From the NCBI GenBank assembly GCA_015062395.1, contig SUUS01000004.1:18943-82942 (forward strand): a DNA stretch of 64,000 nt. The letters are read 5' to 3'. Shown here piece by piece: positions 17,953 to 27,313 of the stretch. A model generated the notes under the pieces. The model searched no databases and was not told where the DNA came from. It was given only the letters and a program-made list of their open reading frames with translations. The DNA comes from Alphaproteobacteria bacterium. GTDB taxonomy: Bacteria; Pseudomonadota; Alphaproteobacteria; CAAHEQ01; UBA3637. Position numbers and translations under genes: made by a program. Each line of letters starts with the position of its first letter. The stretch's first letter is position 1.

Positions 17953-18927
17953 CTATTCTTTTTGATGTTCTTGTTCAATCGTTGAGCGTTCGTTTTGATG
18001 ACAAATTGTTCTAGGTTTTATTTCTGTTTCTCCTCGAAAAAATGCAACTACACGCAAATCACGAACATAAGGATGCGATAAATTTTCCCAATACGTATAT
18101 TTTGTTGGCAAAGTTGGTTGTGTTTTTATTTGTTGAATTTCTTCGTTTGTAAAACCTTCTGCTTTTAACAATTCATCACCGTATTTCCAAGTGCGTGCTA
18201 ATATGATATCAGCCCAAAAACGAAGTCCTTCAAAACGGAGATGAGGTAATGATAGATCTCCTCTGCTTATTTTCCTTGTATCAATTGATAAGTCTGCAAT
18301 GTCATCTGCGTATTCAATTGCCGAGGTAGTAATAATGCCATCTTTTTCTTTTAATCCTTCTAAAATTCGGCCATAAAGATGCAGTTTTTTAATTCGACTA
18401 GAACTGTCTTTTGAAAACTCAAAGGGAACAAAATCTGTAAACGGTGCATTTTTATTTTGATCAATCAATTCGTCCCACAATGGTCGATTTGTAATTGTTA
18501 GTTTTTGATATTTTTCATCAGCAGTATTTTTAATCGTTTCTTGATGAAATGCTTCTCCGTTTAAAAAGGCTTTTTTTGTTTCGGCTAATTCTGTTATTTT
18601 TTGTAAAGCATCTTTTAACTTTGTTTCAGGAGTTATTTCATAGATTAAAGAGTTATCCAAAACCAATATATTTTTTTTACTTCTTTTTGACTTTCGGATA
18701 AATCTTTGCGTCCTTTTTTGAATGTCTTCGAATCGTCCGATTAATCCAACTTCATAGATAAAACCGTTATATCGAGAGGAAGTGTAAAAAGCTTTTGGTA
18801 ATTCACAAGCGCCAACCAAAGCCAGAGAACCATTAACGATAAATGTTTTTCCATTTTGAAAGGTATTAATTAATTCTTCTATCCGTTTTTGCTGATTGGG
18901 ATTTAAACTTTTGGCTTTTTTTTGCAT
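17953..18927 (-). CDS. Hypothetical protein (orphan; possible PD-(D/E)xK-like or GIY-YIG-like nuclease features, very uncertain)
   Basis: 324 aa. No recognised family. Possible VLD..ETK and FIYEVGLIGRF motifs. Isolated between two terminators/promoter regions. Confidence 0.55.
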   Translation of the reverse strand: MQKKAKSLNPNQQKRIEELINTFQNGKTFIVNGSLALVGACELPKAFYTSSRYNGFIYEVGLIGRFEDIQKRTQRFIRKSKRSKKNILVLDNSLIYEITPETKLKDALQKITELAETKKAFLNGEAFHQETIKNTADEKYQKLTITNRPLWDELIDQNKNAPFTDFVPFEFSKDSSSRIKKLHLYGRILEGLKEKDGIITTSAIEYADDIADLSIDTRKISRGDLSLPHLRFEGLRFWADIILARTWKYGDELLKAEGFTNEEIQQIKTQPTLPTKYTYWENLSHPYVRDLRVVAFFRGETEIKPRTICHQNERSTIEQEHQKE

Positions 18928-19068
18928 TTTTACCTCCTTTTCTTATCAATGATGTTTTTTTTCATACTATACTTATACAAATTTGATGTCAAGAAAATGA
19001 TTTATTCCTTGCATTTTATTCTTTTGCAAATTAAAATACGAAAAGTTTAAATTAAGTAGGAATTTTAT

Positions 19069-20310
19069 ATGGCTAATTGGGTTTCAAAAGTTGGTTTTAG
19101 ATATTTAAAATCACGTAAGAAAACGGGGTTTGTTTCTGTTATTGCAGGCTTTTCTTTTCTAGGGATTATGCTGGGTGTTGCTACATTAATTATTGTTATG
19201 AGTGTCATGAATGGTTTTAGAGCAGAATTAATGGAGCGAATTTTGGGGTTTAACGGGCATTTATCTGTTCAATCTACGTGGGGGCCTGTTTTAAATGAAG
19301 ATGAGAATTTAATTAAAAAATTAGAAAATACATACGGAATTGTTTCTGTCGCTTCATTGTTGGAAGGACAGGTGATGGTTTCAACAAATATGCATTCTCA
19401 AGGAGCTTTGATTCGGGGATTGAAACCAGCTGATTTTAAAAAACGACCATTATTGTTTGATAATTTTTTGGGAAGTTGGGATGAATTTGAAAATGAACAA
19501 GGTATCATATTAGGCGCCAGATTAGCTTCAAAAATGGGCGTTCGTATTGGTGATAAAATAACTCTGATTTCACCCAATGGAAACAGTACTGCATTTGGAA
19601 CAATGCCCAGAACAAAAGCGTATCGTATTGCAGGGACATTTGATTCAGGTATGTATGAATATGATTCGAATATGGTTTTTATGCCTCTTTCAATGGCGCA
19701 AAAGTTTTTGATGCAAGAAGGAAAAATATCACAAATAGATTTGTTTGTCTCCAATATGGATGATTTAGCTTTTATTATGCAAGATGTGATGGATGTTTTG
19801 CCATTAAATGTTTCAGTCGTCGATTGGCGTAAATCAAATGCCGCCTTTTTTAACGCAGTCGAAGTTGAACGCAATGTAATGTTTTTAATTTTGACGTTAA
19901 TTATCATCGTAGCAGCATTTAACATCATATCTGGATTGATTATGTTGGTTAAAGATAAAACAAAAGATATCGCTATTTTAAGGACTATGGGCGCCAGTCG
20001 AAAAGGAATAATGACTGTCTTTTTAATCGATGGTTGTTTTGTTGGTTTTGTTGGTTCTTTTTTGGGGTTGATTTTGGGGTTGTCAATCAGTTTAAACATC
20101 GAAAAAATTCGTCAATGGCTTGGTTCTTTAGCTGGAAGAGATTTATTTTCTGCTGAAATTTATTTTTTAAGTCAGTTGCCTAGTAAAACTTACGCATCTG
20201 ATGTTTTTTTGGTTATTGGATTGGCCTTGGGATTGTCTTTTTTGGCAACATTGTATCCGTCGTGGAAAGCAAGCAAAACAGATCCTGTGGAGGCTTTAAG
20301 ATATGAATAA
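19069..20310 (+). CDS. lolE: Lipoprotein-releasing system permease (LolC/E, FtsX-like)
   Basis: 413 aa. Four TM helices with a large periplasmic loop. FtsX/MacB-type C-terminus ..ILRTMGAS...SWKASKTDPVEALRYE. Confidence 0.75.
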   Translation: MANWVSKVGFRYLKSRKKTGFVSVIAGFSFLGIMLGVATLIIVMSVMNGFRAELMERILGFNGHLSVQSTWGPVLNEDENLIKKLENTYGIVSVASLLEGQVMVSTNMHSQGALIRGLKPADFKKRPLLFDNFLGSWDEFENEQGIILGARLASKMGVRIGDKITLISPNGNSTAFGTMPRTKAYRIAGTFDSGMYEYDSNMVFMPLSMAQKFLMQEGKISQIDLFVSNMDDLAFIMQDVMDVLPLNVSVVDWRKSNAAFFNAVEVERNVMFLILTLIIIVAAFNIISGLIMLVKDKTKDIAILRTMGASRKGIMTVFLIDGCFVGFVGSFLGLILGLSISLNIEKIRQWLGSLAGRDLFSAEIYFLSQLPSKTYASDVFLVIGLALGLSFLATLYPSWKASKTDPVEALRYE

Positions 20311-20920
20311 AAAAAACACAAGCAAAAATAAACGTTATCATACGTCGTTTGTTGAAGCTGATGAACGTACATTAGAAAAGCTTTTTGGTACAAAATCACA
20401 AAAGAATGAAACACAAGAACCAAACGAACAGGAAGATGAGTTTGGCAAAAAAGAAGAAACAAAAGCAGAATTGCGACAGACCATCAAAATACTGTTGACG
20501 ATGTTGCGCTGGGCGATTTTTATTTGTATTTTCGGTCTTAATTTGGCGCTTTCTATCAGTCTTGCAGCTAATTCAGATTTGTCATCAAAGACTGGTGTTA
20601 TTTTTGTTGTTTTATCAGTCCTTTCTTTGTATTTTGCATGGTTTACAGTCAAAATAAAGAAAAAAAATGAATTTCAAAAAAAATTGAAAAACAGAATGCT
20701 TGTCACGTTGTTGTTTAGTTTGGGAACTTGCTCATATAAATGGGTTTTTTATATGTTATTAATGATGGCATTTAATTTTTTTGCTATTTTAGGTTATGCG
20801 TTTTTCTTCAATAATTTTAAGATAAAAAGAAGTGCTAAAAAGGAAGAACTGCAACGGATAATCGAGGTGTTGATAGTTGTTTTTGTTTTGTTAGTGTTTG
20901 TTTTTTCTGCTAAAAATTAG
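20303..20920 (+). CDS. Hypothetical membrane protein inserted between lolE and lolD
   Basis: 205 aa. Acidic N-terminus (..QEPNEQEDEFGKKEETKAELRQ..) followed by ~4 TM helices. Overlaps the lolE stop by 8 nt. Confidence 0.5.
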   Translation: MNKKNTSKNKRYHTSFVEADERTLEKLFGTKSQKNETQEPNEQEDEFGKKEETKAELRQTIKILLTMLRWAIFICIFGLNLALSISLAANSDLSSKTGVIFVVLSVLSLYFAWFTVKIKKKNEFQKKLKNRMLVTLLFSLGTCSYKWVFYMLLMMAFNFFAILGYAFFFNNFKIKRSAKKEELQRIIEVLIVVFVLLVFVFSAKN

Positions 20921-20940
20921 TAGCTCAAGGATATAATGAA

Positions 20941-21621
20941 ATGAAAGATGTGGTTTTAGAGTTAAAAGATATTAAGCGTTGGTTTGGCAACGGTGAAAAG
21001 AAATTAGAAGTTCTAAAAGGTGTTAATTTAAAAATCAACAAAGGCGAAATTGTCGCTTTAGAAGGACCTAGTGGTAGTGGTAAGTCAACATTGCTTTACG
21101 TGACAGGATTGTTGGATAAGCCCAGTTCGGGAGAGCTTTATTTAGCTGGTCAATCTTGTGCTAAAATGAAAGAGCAGGAACGGACGCAAGCAAGACGTAA
21201 GTATTTAGGCTTTGTATATCAATCGCATTTGTTGTTGCCAGATTTTACATGTTTAGAAAATGTGATGATGCCATTGTTGATTAGTGGAGTTCACAAAAAA
21301 GACGCATCTTTAAAGGCTGCAGAGTTATTGGAAAAAATGGGTTTAAAACACAGGTTGAAGCATCGACCAGGAGAAATGTCGGGGGGAGAACAACAACGTG
21401 CCGCTGTTGCCAGAGCTTTGGTTCATTCTCCAGCTTTGCTGTTGGCTGATGAACCAACAGGGAATTTGGACCCTAGTACAAGTGAAAAGGTTTTTGCTGA
21501 ACTTTTGTCTATTGTCAGAGAAACAGGCTTATCTGCATTAATTGCAACACATAATCCAGCTTTGGCTGCTAAAATGGACAGACGCCTTCGGATAGAAAAT
21601 GGTGGTGTGTTGGAGGTTTAA
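20941..21621 (+). CDS. lolD: Lipoprotein-releasing system ATP-binding protein
   Basis: Walker A GPSGSGKST, signature LSGGEQQRAAVARAL, Walker B LLLADEPTGNLD. Confidence 0.85.
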   Translation: MKDVVLELKDIKRWFGNGEKKLEVLKGVNLKINKGEIVALEGPSGSGKSTLLYVTGLLDKPSSGELYLAGQSCAKMKEQERTQARRKYLGFVYQSHLLLPDFTCLENVMMPLLISGVHKKDASLKAAELLEKMGLKHRLKHRPGEMSGGEQQRAAVARALVHSPALLLADEPTGNLDPSTSEKVFAELLSIVRETGLSALIATHNPALAAKMDRRLRIENGGVLEV

Positions 21622-21622
21622 T

Positions 21623-22243
21623 ATGAAGCAAGATAACCGATTGGAACATGATAACCTGTTAAGTGTTTTTTTGGATAATGTAAAAAAAAGTATTCTTTTT
21701 ATCATAAAAAACAAAGTTATTTTAAAAAGGATAATTTCTTTTGTTTTTTCTGTTTTTGTATCTTTGTTTGAGATATGTTTAATCTTTGGTTTATTCTTTA
21801 TACTTCGAAATGGAAGTTCTCTTTTTCAAAAAATTTTACATCATCCTTATATATTTGATTTTTTTAAACTTCAAGAAATCATTTATCTTTCTTTTTTAGA
21901 TTATAAGCCAATATGGATTTATTTTATTGTCGCACTGATTGTTTTTGTTATTGTAAATTCAATCTATCGCTTTTATAAAAGTAAAAATTGGGAAAATTGG
22001 ATTTTAACCGTTTTAAATGTTAGTACTTGTCTGCTTTTTTGTTTACTTATGTTTTTCCATTTTTTTAATTTACCGAGTGCGTTAATGCTTAAAGAAGGAA
22101 AAGTAATCCCTTTATGTTATGAATTGTCTGCTCTTCATTTTGAAAAAGAAATTTGTTCTTTATGTCCACAGAGAGAGTTCGTTTTTAATAGATGTGTTTT
22201 AAGTAAAGGGCTTTCGTTTCCGTCGTCTATTTTGAAAAAATAA
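21623..22243 (+). CDS. Hypothetical polytopic membrane protein downstream of lolD
   Basis: The start was moved to MKQDNRL.. because GGAGG lies 6 nt upstream, 1 nt after the lolD stop. ~5 TM helices. Confidence 0.5.
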   Translation: MKQDNRLEHDNLLSVFLDNVKKSILFIIKNKVILKRIISFVFSVFVSLFEICLIFGLFFILRNGSSLFQKILHHPYIFDFFKLQEIIYLSFLDYKPIWIYFIVALIVFVIVNSIYRFYKSKNWENWILTVLNVSTCLLFCLLMFFHFFNLPSALMLKEGKVIPLCYELSALHFEKEICSLCPQREFVFNRCVLSKGLSFPSSILKK

Positions 22244-22263
22244 TATAAAAAAATTCTTCATTC

Positions 22264-22291
22264 TTGCTTTTTACATATTTTTTGTTATAAT
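22264..22291 (+). promoter_or_regulatory. Sigma70-like promoter upstream of dnaE
   Basis: TTGCTT-16 nt-TATAAT about 25 nt before AAAGGGA-N7-ATG. Confidence 0.35.
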
Positions 22292-22314
22292 GCCTGTTAA
22301 AAAGGGAATACAAT

Positions 22315-25300
22315 ATGACACCGAAATTTATTCATTTAAGAACTCATTCTGCATACTCATTGCTTGAAGGTGCAATGAAAATGGGTAAATTGGTTAAGCG
22401 TGTTAAAGCTTTAAATATGCCTGCAGTAGCTGTCACGGACAGTGGCAATTTATACTGTGGTATGGATTTTTCTCATGAAGCTGCTGATAATGGTATTCAA
22501 CCGATTTTGGGAACTCAACTTCTGATTAAACAGCCTGTTGAAAAAGGAACTTTGTTGCTGCCAGAAGACGAAATAAATCCAGTTTTAGATAAAATTGTAT
22601 TGTTGGTTCAAAATGAAGTAGGTTATAAGAATTTATTAAAAATTTTCCAACGATATTACATGGGGGAAACAAAGCAAGAAACGCCTCATTTATTGTTGGA
22701 AGAATTGATTGAATTTAATCAGGGGCTGATTTTATTATCTGGTGGCGCGACAGGTCCAATAGGACGATATATTTTGCAAGAAAAGCCAGAAAAAGCGAAA
22801 GAATTGGCTGTCAAATTAAAAGAGTTTTTTGGGAATCGTTTTTATATGGAAGTATCCAGAACGGGCGAGGTTGATGAAGCAAAGACGGAAAAAGCTTTTT
22901 TAGATTTAGCTTATGAATTGGATATTCCTTTGGTGGCAACGAACGAAGCTTTTTACGATAAGCCTGAAATGTATGAAGCACATGACGCTTTAATGTGTAT
23001 TGGTCAAAAAACTTACGTTGAAGTGACGGACAGAATCCGTTTATCTCCACAGCATTATCTTAAAAGCGCAGAAGAAATGTCAGAGTTGTTTTCTGATTTG
23101 CCAGAGGCGTTGGAAAATACAGTTAAAATAGCTCAACGATGTGGTTTTATGGTCGAATTTCATGCACCAGAGTTTCCTAGATACGACTGTCATGGAAAAA
23201 CTGAAGATGAAGTTTTGAAAGAAAAAGCAGAAACAGGTTTAGCTGCCAGAATGAAAGATAGACCTGATGAATTTGAAAAATATAACACACGCCTACAATA
23301 CGAATTAAGTGTTATTAAACAAATGGGTTTCCCTGGATACTTTTTAATCGTTGCTGATTTTATTCAGTGGTCAAAAGCACATAATATACCAGTTGGACCA
23401 GGTCGTGGTTCTGGTGCTGGTTCTGTTGTTGCTTGGGCTTTAACGATTACAGATATTGACCCATTGCGATTTAATTTACTTTTTGAACGTTTTTTAAATC
23501 CAGAACGTGTTAATATGCCCGACTTTGACGTTGACTTTTGTCAGGAAAAACGAGAGCAAAGTATTAAATACGTTCAAGATAACTATGGTTTTGATCATGT
23601 GGCACAAATTATTACGTTTGGTCAATTACAGCCAAAGGCCGTTATTCGAGATGTTGGACGTGTTTTACAAATTCCGTATCCTGTTGTAGATAGATTATCT
23701 AAATTAGTTCCTGCAGGTATGAATGAAAAGGGAAAACCCTATACATTGCAGGAAGCATTGGATATGGAACCTGCTTTTGAAGTCGAAGCGAATAACGAGC
23801 CTCAAATTAAACGGTTGCTGGAAATAGCATTGCAATTAGAAGGTTTGTATCGTAATACCTCGACGCATGCAGCTGGAGTGGTTATTGGACGTTTTCCATT
23901 GGATGAGATTCTGCCTATTTATAAAGATCCATCTTCTGATATGCCTGTGACTCAATATAATATGAAATATGTTGAATCAACAGGATTAATTAAGTTTGAC
24001 TTTTTGGGATTAAAAACATTGACAACGTTGGCGAAAACAATGGAATTGTTAAAACCAAGGGGGATTGAATTTGATTTAGGAGCTATTCCTTTAGATGATG
24101 AAAAAACATTCCAGTTATTGAGTGATGCCGATACATCTGGTGTTTTTCAGTTGGAAAGTCCAGGAATGCGCAAAATTTTAAAGGAAATGAAGCCCGATAA
24201 AATTGAAGATATTGTGGCTATTGTTGCATTGTATCGTCCAGGGCCTATGGGCAATATCCCTTCTTATATTGCCAGAAAACATGGGCAGGAAGAACCTGAT
24301 TATTTGCATCCATTGTTGGAAGATATTTTAAAAGAAACCTATGGGATTATGATTTATCAGGAACAAGTTATGCAGATTGCTCAAGTTTTGGCAGGCTTTA
24401 GTTTGGGTGGTGCAGATTTGTTGCGTCGAGCTATGGGTAAAAAGAAATTTGACGTTATGCAACAACAGAAGTTGGTCTTTATCGAGGGGGCAAAGAAAAA
24501 AGGGGTTCCAGAACAAAAAGCTACGGAAATTTTTGAATTAATGGAAAAATTCGCTAGCTATGGATTTAATAAATCTCATGCAGCAGCATATGCGTTTGTT
24601 TCTTATCAGACTGCGTATTTAAAAGCACATTATCCTGTTGAATTTATGGCTGCAACGATGACATTGGATAAAATTGATACGGATAAATTAGGTTTCTTTA
24701 AACGAGAGATAGCCCATATGGGAATTAAAATTTTACCACCAGATGTCAATAAATCTTGTGTCCATTTTACAGTGGAAGATGGCGCAATTCGTTATGCTGC
24801 TGCAGCATTGAAAAATGTGGGTGATGGTGCGATTGAAGATTTGGTGAACGAACGTGAAAAGAACGGACCTTATAAAAATATCCAAGATTTTATCGCACGT
24901 TCTTCAACGGCAGTTATGAATAAACGCTGTTTGGAAAATTTAATTAAATCTGGTGCTTTGGATTGTTTAGATAAAAACAGGGCTAAATTATTGGCAAATG
25001 TTGAAAAAATGGCACAGCATTCATCTTTATTACAGAAAGAAAAACAAAGCGCTCAAGCATCTTTGTTTGGGGGGCAAGCTGTTTTTGAAGAATTGCATAT
25101 GCCAGAAGTTCCTGATTTTCCTCAAATGGAAAAGTTGGATATGGAACGACAAGCTGTTGGTTTTTATTTGTCTGCCCATCCGTTGGATGCTTATGAAGAT
25201 AATTTTGAACGTTTGCGTGTCAACTTGACAACAGAAATTGAGCCTTTGGTTCGTAGCGCTGGTTCGGCTAGAGTGCGAATAGCCTGTATTATCAATGAAA

Positions 25301-25752
25301 AACGAGAACGTATTAGTCAAAAATCTGGTAAAAAATTTGCTTTTATTACAGGCTCGGATACAGTGGGTACTTTTGAAGCTCTATGTTTTTCAGAAGTACT
25401 AAATCAAAGTCGCGAGATGTTGGATTCTGGAAAGCCTTTGATTGTTTCGTTGTCGGCTGATTTAAATGAAGAAGGGGCTGTTCGAGCCAATGTACAAAAT
25501 GTTGAATATCTAACAGATGCAGTTGCCAGAGTTTCTGAAACAATTGTGCTTTATATCAACAGTCCTGCATGTTTGCCTGCGATAAAAGAAGTTTTAGCAA
25601 AAGAAAATTCAGGTCGAGGAAGCGTTATTATTGTCGCCCAAGCTCAAGGTTATCAAGTCGAAATAAAACTGGCAGATGGTTATTCCTTATCTGCCAGCGC
25701 TACAACAGCATTACGAGCCATTCCTGGAATTTATCAAGTTAAACAATTTTAA
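22315..25752 (+). CDS. dnaE: DNA polymerase III alpha subunit
   Basis: 1145 aa. N-terminal PHP domain (HLRTHSAYSLLEGA), polymerase core (..FDVDFCQ..GRVLQIP..AAGVVIG..), OB fold and C-terminal tail. Confidence 0.95.
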   Translation: MTPKFIHLRTHSAYSLLEGAMKMGKLVKRVKALNMPAVAVTDSGNLYCGMDFSHEAADNGIQPILGTQLLIKQPVEKGTLLLPEDEINPVLDKIVLLVQNEVGYKNLLKIFQRYYMGETKQETPHLLLEELIEFNQGLILLSGGATGPIGRYILQEKPEKAKELAVKLKEFFGNRFYMEVSRTGEVDEAKTEKAFLDLAYELDIPLVATNEAFYDKPEMYEAHDALMCIGQKTYVEVTDRIRLSPQHYLKSAEEMSELFSDLPEALENTVKIAQRCGFMVEFHAPEFPRYDCHGKTEDEVLKEKAETGLAARMKDRPDEFEKYNTRLQYELSVIKQMGFPGYFLIVADFIQWSKAHNIPVGPGRGSGAGSVVAWALTITDIDPLRFNLLFERFLNPERVNMPDFDVDFCQEKREQSIKYVQDNYGFDHVAQIITFGQLQPKAVIRDVGRVLQIPYPVVDRLSKLVPAGMNEKGKPYTLQEALDMEPAFEVEANNEPQIKRLLEIALQLEGLYRNTSTHAAGVVIGRFPLDEILPIYKDPSSDMPVTQYNMKYVESTGLIKFDFLGLKTLTTLAKTMELLKPRGIEFDLGAIPLDDEKTFQLLSDADTSGVFQLESPGMRKILKEMKPDKIEDIVAIVALYRPGPMGNIPSYIARKHGQEEPDYLHPLLEDILKETYGIMIYQEQVMQIAQVLAGFSLGGADLLRRAMGKKKFDVMQQQKLVFIEGAKKKGVPEQKATEIFELMEKFASYGFNKSHAAAYAFVSYQTAYLKAHYPVEFMAATMTLDKIDTDKLGFFKREIAHMGIKILPPDVNKSCVHFTVEDGAIRYAAAALKNVGDGAIEDLVNEREKNGPYKNIQDFIARSSTAVMNKRCLENLIKSGALDCLDKNRAKLLANVEKMAQHSSLLQKEKQSAQASLFGGQAVFEELHMPEVPDFPQMEKLDMERQAVGFYLSAHPLDAYEDNFERLRVNLTTEIEPLVRSAGSARVRIACIINEKRERISQKSGKKFAFITGSDTVGTFEALCFSEVLNQSREMLDSGKPLIVSLSADLNEEGAVRANVQNVEYLTDAVARVSETIVLYINSPACLPAIKEVLAKENSGRGSVIIVAQAQGYQVEIKLADGYSLSASATTALRAIPGIYQVKQF

Positions 25753-26303
25753 CGAGATGTTTGTCTGCCAAACATAGCAAAAATAGATGGCTTTTTGGTT
25801 GCTGTCTCTCTTTTTCCTTCGTTGTTTTCTTCTTTTATGTCACCTGTTATGCATTTATACCCGTTTATAATTGATTGAACGCGTTCATCTTTTAAATCCA
25901 GCAATGTACCAGCTAATGCAACGTAATCGCCAGAGGAAACAACGCGACCTTTTTCAAATTTTTCACGATGAACAAAAGTAAATCCATCTCTGTATGAAAA
26001 TCTTTTTTGTTTTTCAATTTCTTCGTTTTCATTAAAGGAAATAGACAAAGAAACTCTACCATCTGTATTATAAAAATGTTTTTTTTCTGTTCTAAATTGT
26101 CCTTTTTGTTCGTCAAAAACAAATTGAGTATCTTGTTCTTTTTTTCCGTCTTCAGAGTAATAAACCTGCATGCCGCCTTCAGGAACTTTTGCATCAGCAT
26201 TTTGATAGTAATAGCTGTTGACATAATCAACATTTCCATTTTTTGTGAAATGTGTTGTTTGTATTTTACGACCAAATTCGTCTTGGATAACTTCTTTTTC
26301 CAT
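25749..26303 (-). CDS. Hypothetical protein
   Basis: ORF 25749..26363 trimmed to MEKEVIQDEF.. because AAGGAG lies 8 nt upstream. No recognised domain. Convergent with dnaE, 4-nt overlap. Confidence 0.45.
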   Translation of the reverse strand: MEKEVIQDEFGRKIQTTHFTKNGNVDYVNSYYYQNADAKVPEGGMQVYYSEDGKKEQDTQFVFDEQKGQFRTEKKHFYNTDGRVSLSISFNENEEIEKQKRFSYRDGFTFVHREKFEKGRVVSSGDYVALAGTLLDLKDERVQSIINGYKCITGDIKEENNEGKRETATKKPSIFAMFGRQTSR

Positions 26304-26380
26304 GATGACTTCTCCTTTCTTACCTATATATTTTATTATAGCATTTTCATTGTTTTTAGTCAAGTTTTTTTATTCGTTTT

Positions 26381-27304
26381 TTAATCTTTTTTATAACTGG
26401 CACGTTTTAGCCTGTCATTGATTGCCAGACCCAAACCTTGCATAGGAATTGGCATAACTGCAATACCTGTATATTTGGGATTATCTAACATGTGCATCAT
26501 AGCGAACAAATTGGCTGCAGCTTCAGTTAAATCTTCTTTTTCTGATAAATTTAAAACTGCAGAATCAGATTTACCAAAACCAAGCAAGGCTTCCCCTTCA
26601 AACGCTTCGATAGCATTGATTCTGACTGGTAAGGACGGAGCATAATGGCTTTTGAGCTGTCCAGGGCTATGAGGTGCATTTTCATCTTTTTCAGGGCGAA
26701 TAACGGGCCCTATTAAATTTTCAATTTCTTCAATGGCAAGTCCACCATAACGTAGTACTGCAATTTTATCTTCTTCGCATAATAAAACAGTAGATTCTAC
26801 ACCGACTTGACAAGGCCCTCCATCTAATGTAAATGGGGCTTCATTACCATAGTCGTCGAAAATATGTTTGGCTGTTGTGGGGCTGATACGACCAGATTTA
26901 TTTGCCGAAGGCGCAACAACAGGTTTTCCAAATTCAGAAATTAATTCCAACGCGATGTGGTTATTGGGACAACGAATGGCAAGTGTATCTAAACCTGCAC
27001 TTGCTAATAAAGATACTTTGCATGTTTTTTTTCTTTTTAAAACTAAAGTTAATGGACCAGGCCAAAAGTTTTCAATCAGCTTTTTTGCAACAGGTGTGAT
27101 TTGAACATATTGTTTTGCCATTTCGATTCCATCGACATGAGCAATCAGTGGATTAAACGAAGGGCGTCCTTTTTTTTCATAAATACTTGCTACGGCTGTA
27201 TCGTTTGTGGCATCTGCCCCTAATCCATAAACTGTTTCTGTTGGAAACGCCACCAACTGTCCGTCTTTTAACAATAAAGCGGCTTTTTTTATTTGTTCTT
27301 TCAT
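26381..27304 (-). CDS. tsaC: L-threonylcarbamoyladenylate synthase, Sua5 type (YrdC domain plus C-terminal Sua5 domain)
   Basis: 307 aa. Sequence ..LVAFPTETVYGLGADATN..KGRPSFNPLIAHV.. matches the YrdC/Sua5 family. Confidence 0.85.
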   Translation of the reverse strand: MKEQIKKAALLLKDGQLVAFPTETVYGLGADATNDTAVASIYEKKGRPSFNPLIAHVDGIEMAKQYVQITPVAKKLIENFWPGPLTLVLKRKKTCKVSLLASAGLDTLAIRCPNNHIALELISEFGKPVVAPSANKSGRISPTTAKHIFDDYGNEAPFTLDGGPCQVGVESTVLLCEEDKIAVLRYGGLAIEEIENLIGPVIRPEKDENAPHSPGQLKSHYAPSLPVRINAIEAFEGEALLGFGKSDSAVLNLSEKEDLTEAAANLFAMMHMLDNPKYTGIAVMPIPMQGLGLAINDRLKRASYKKD

Positions 27305-27313
27305 TTTTTTGCC

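Noticed and set aside
19398-20099. 233-aa minus-strand ORF overlapping lolE
   Set aside because: It is antisense to a clear LolC/E-family permease whose sequence is conserved, so it is a spurious shadow ORF.
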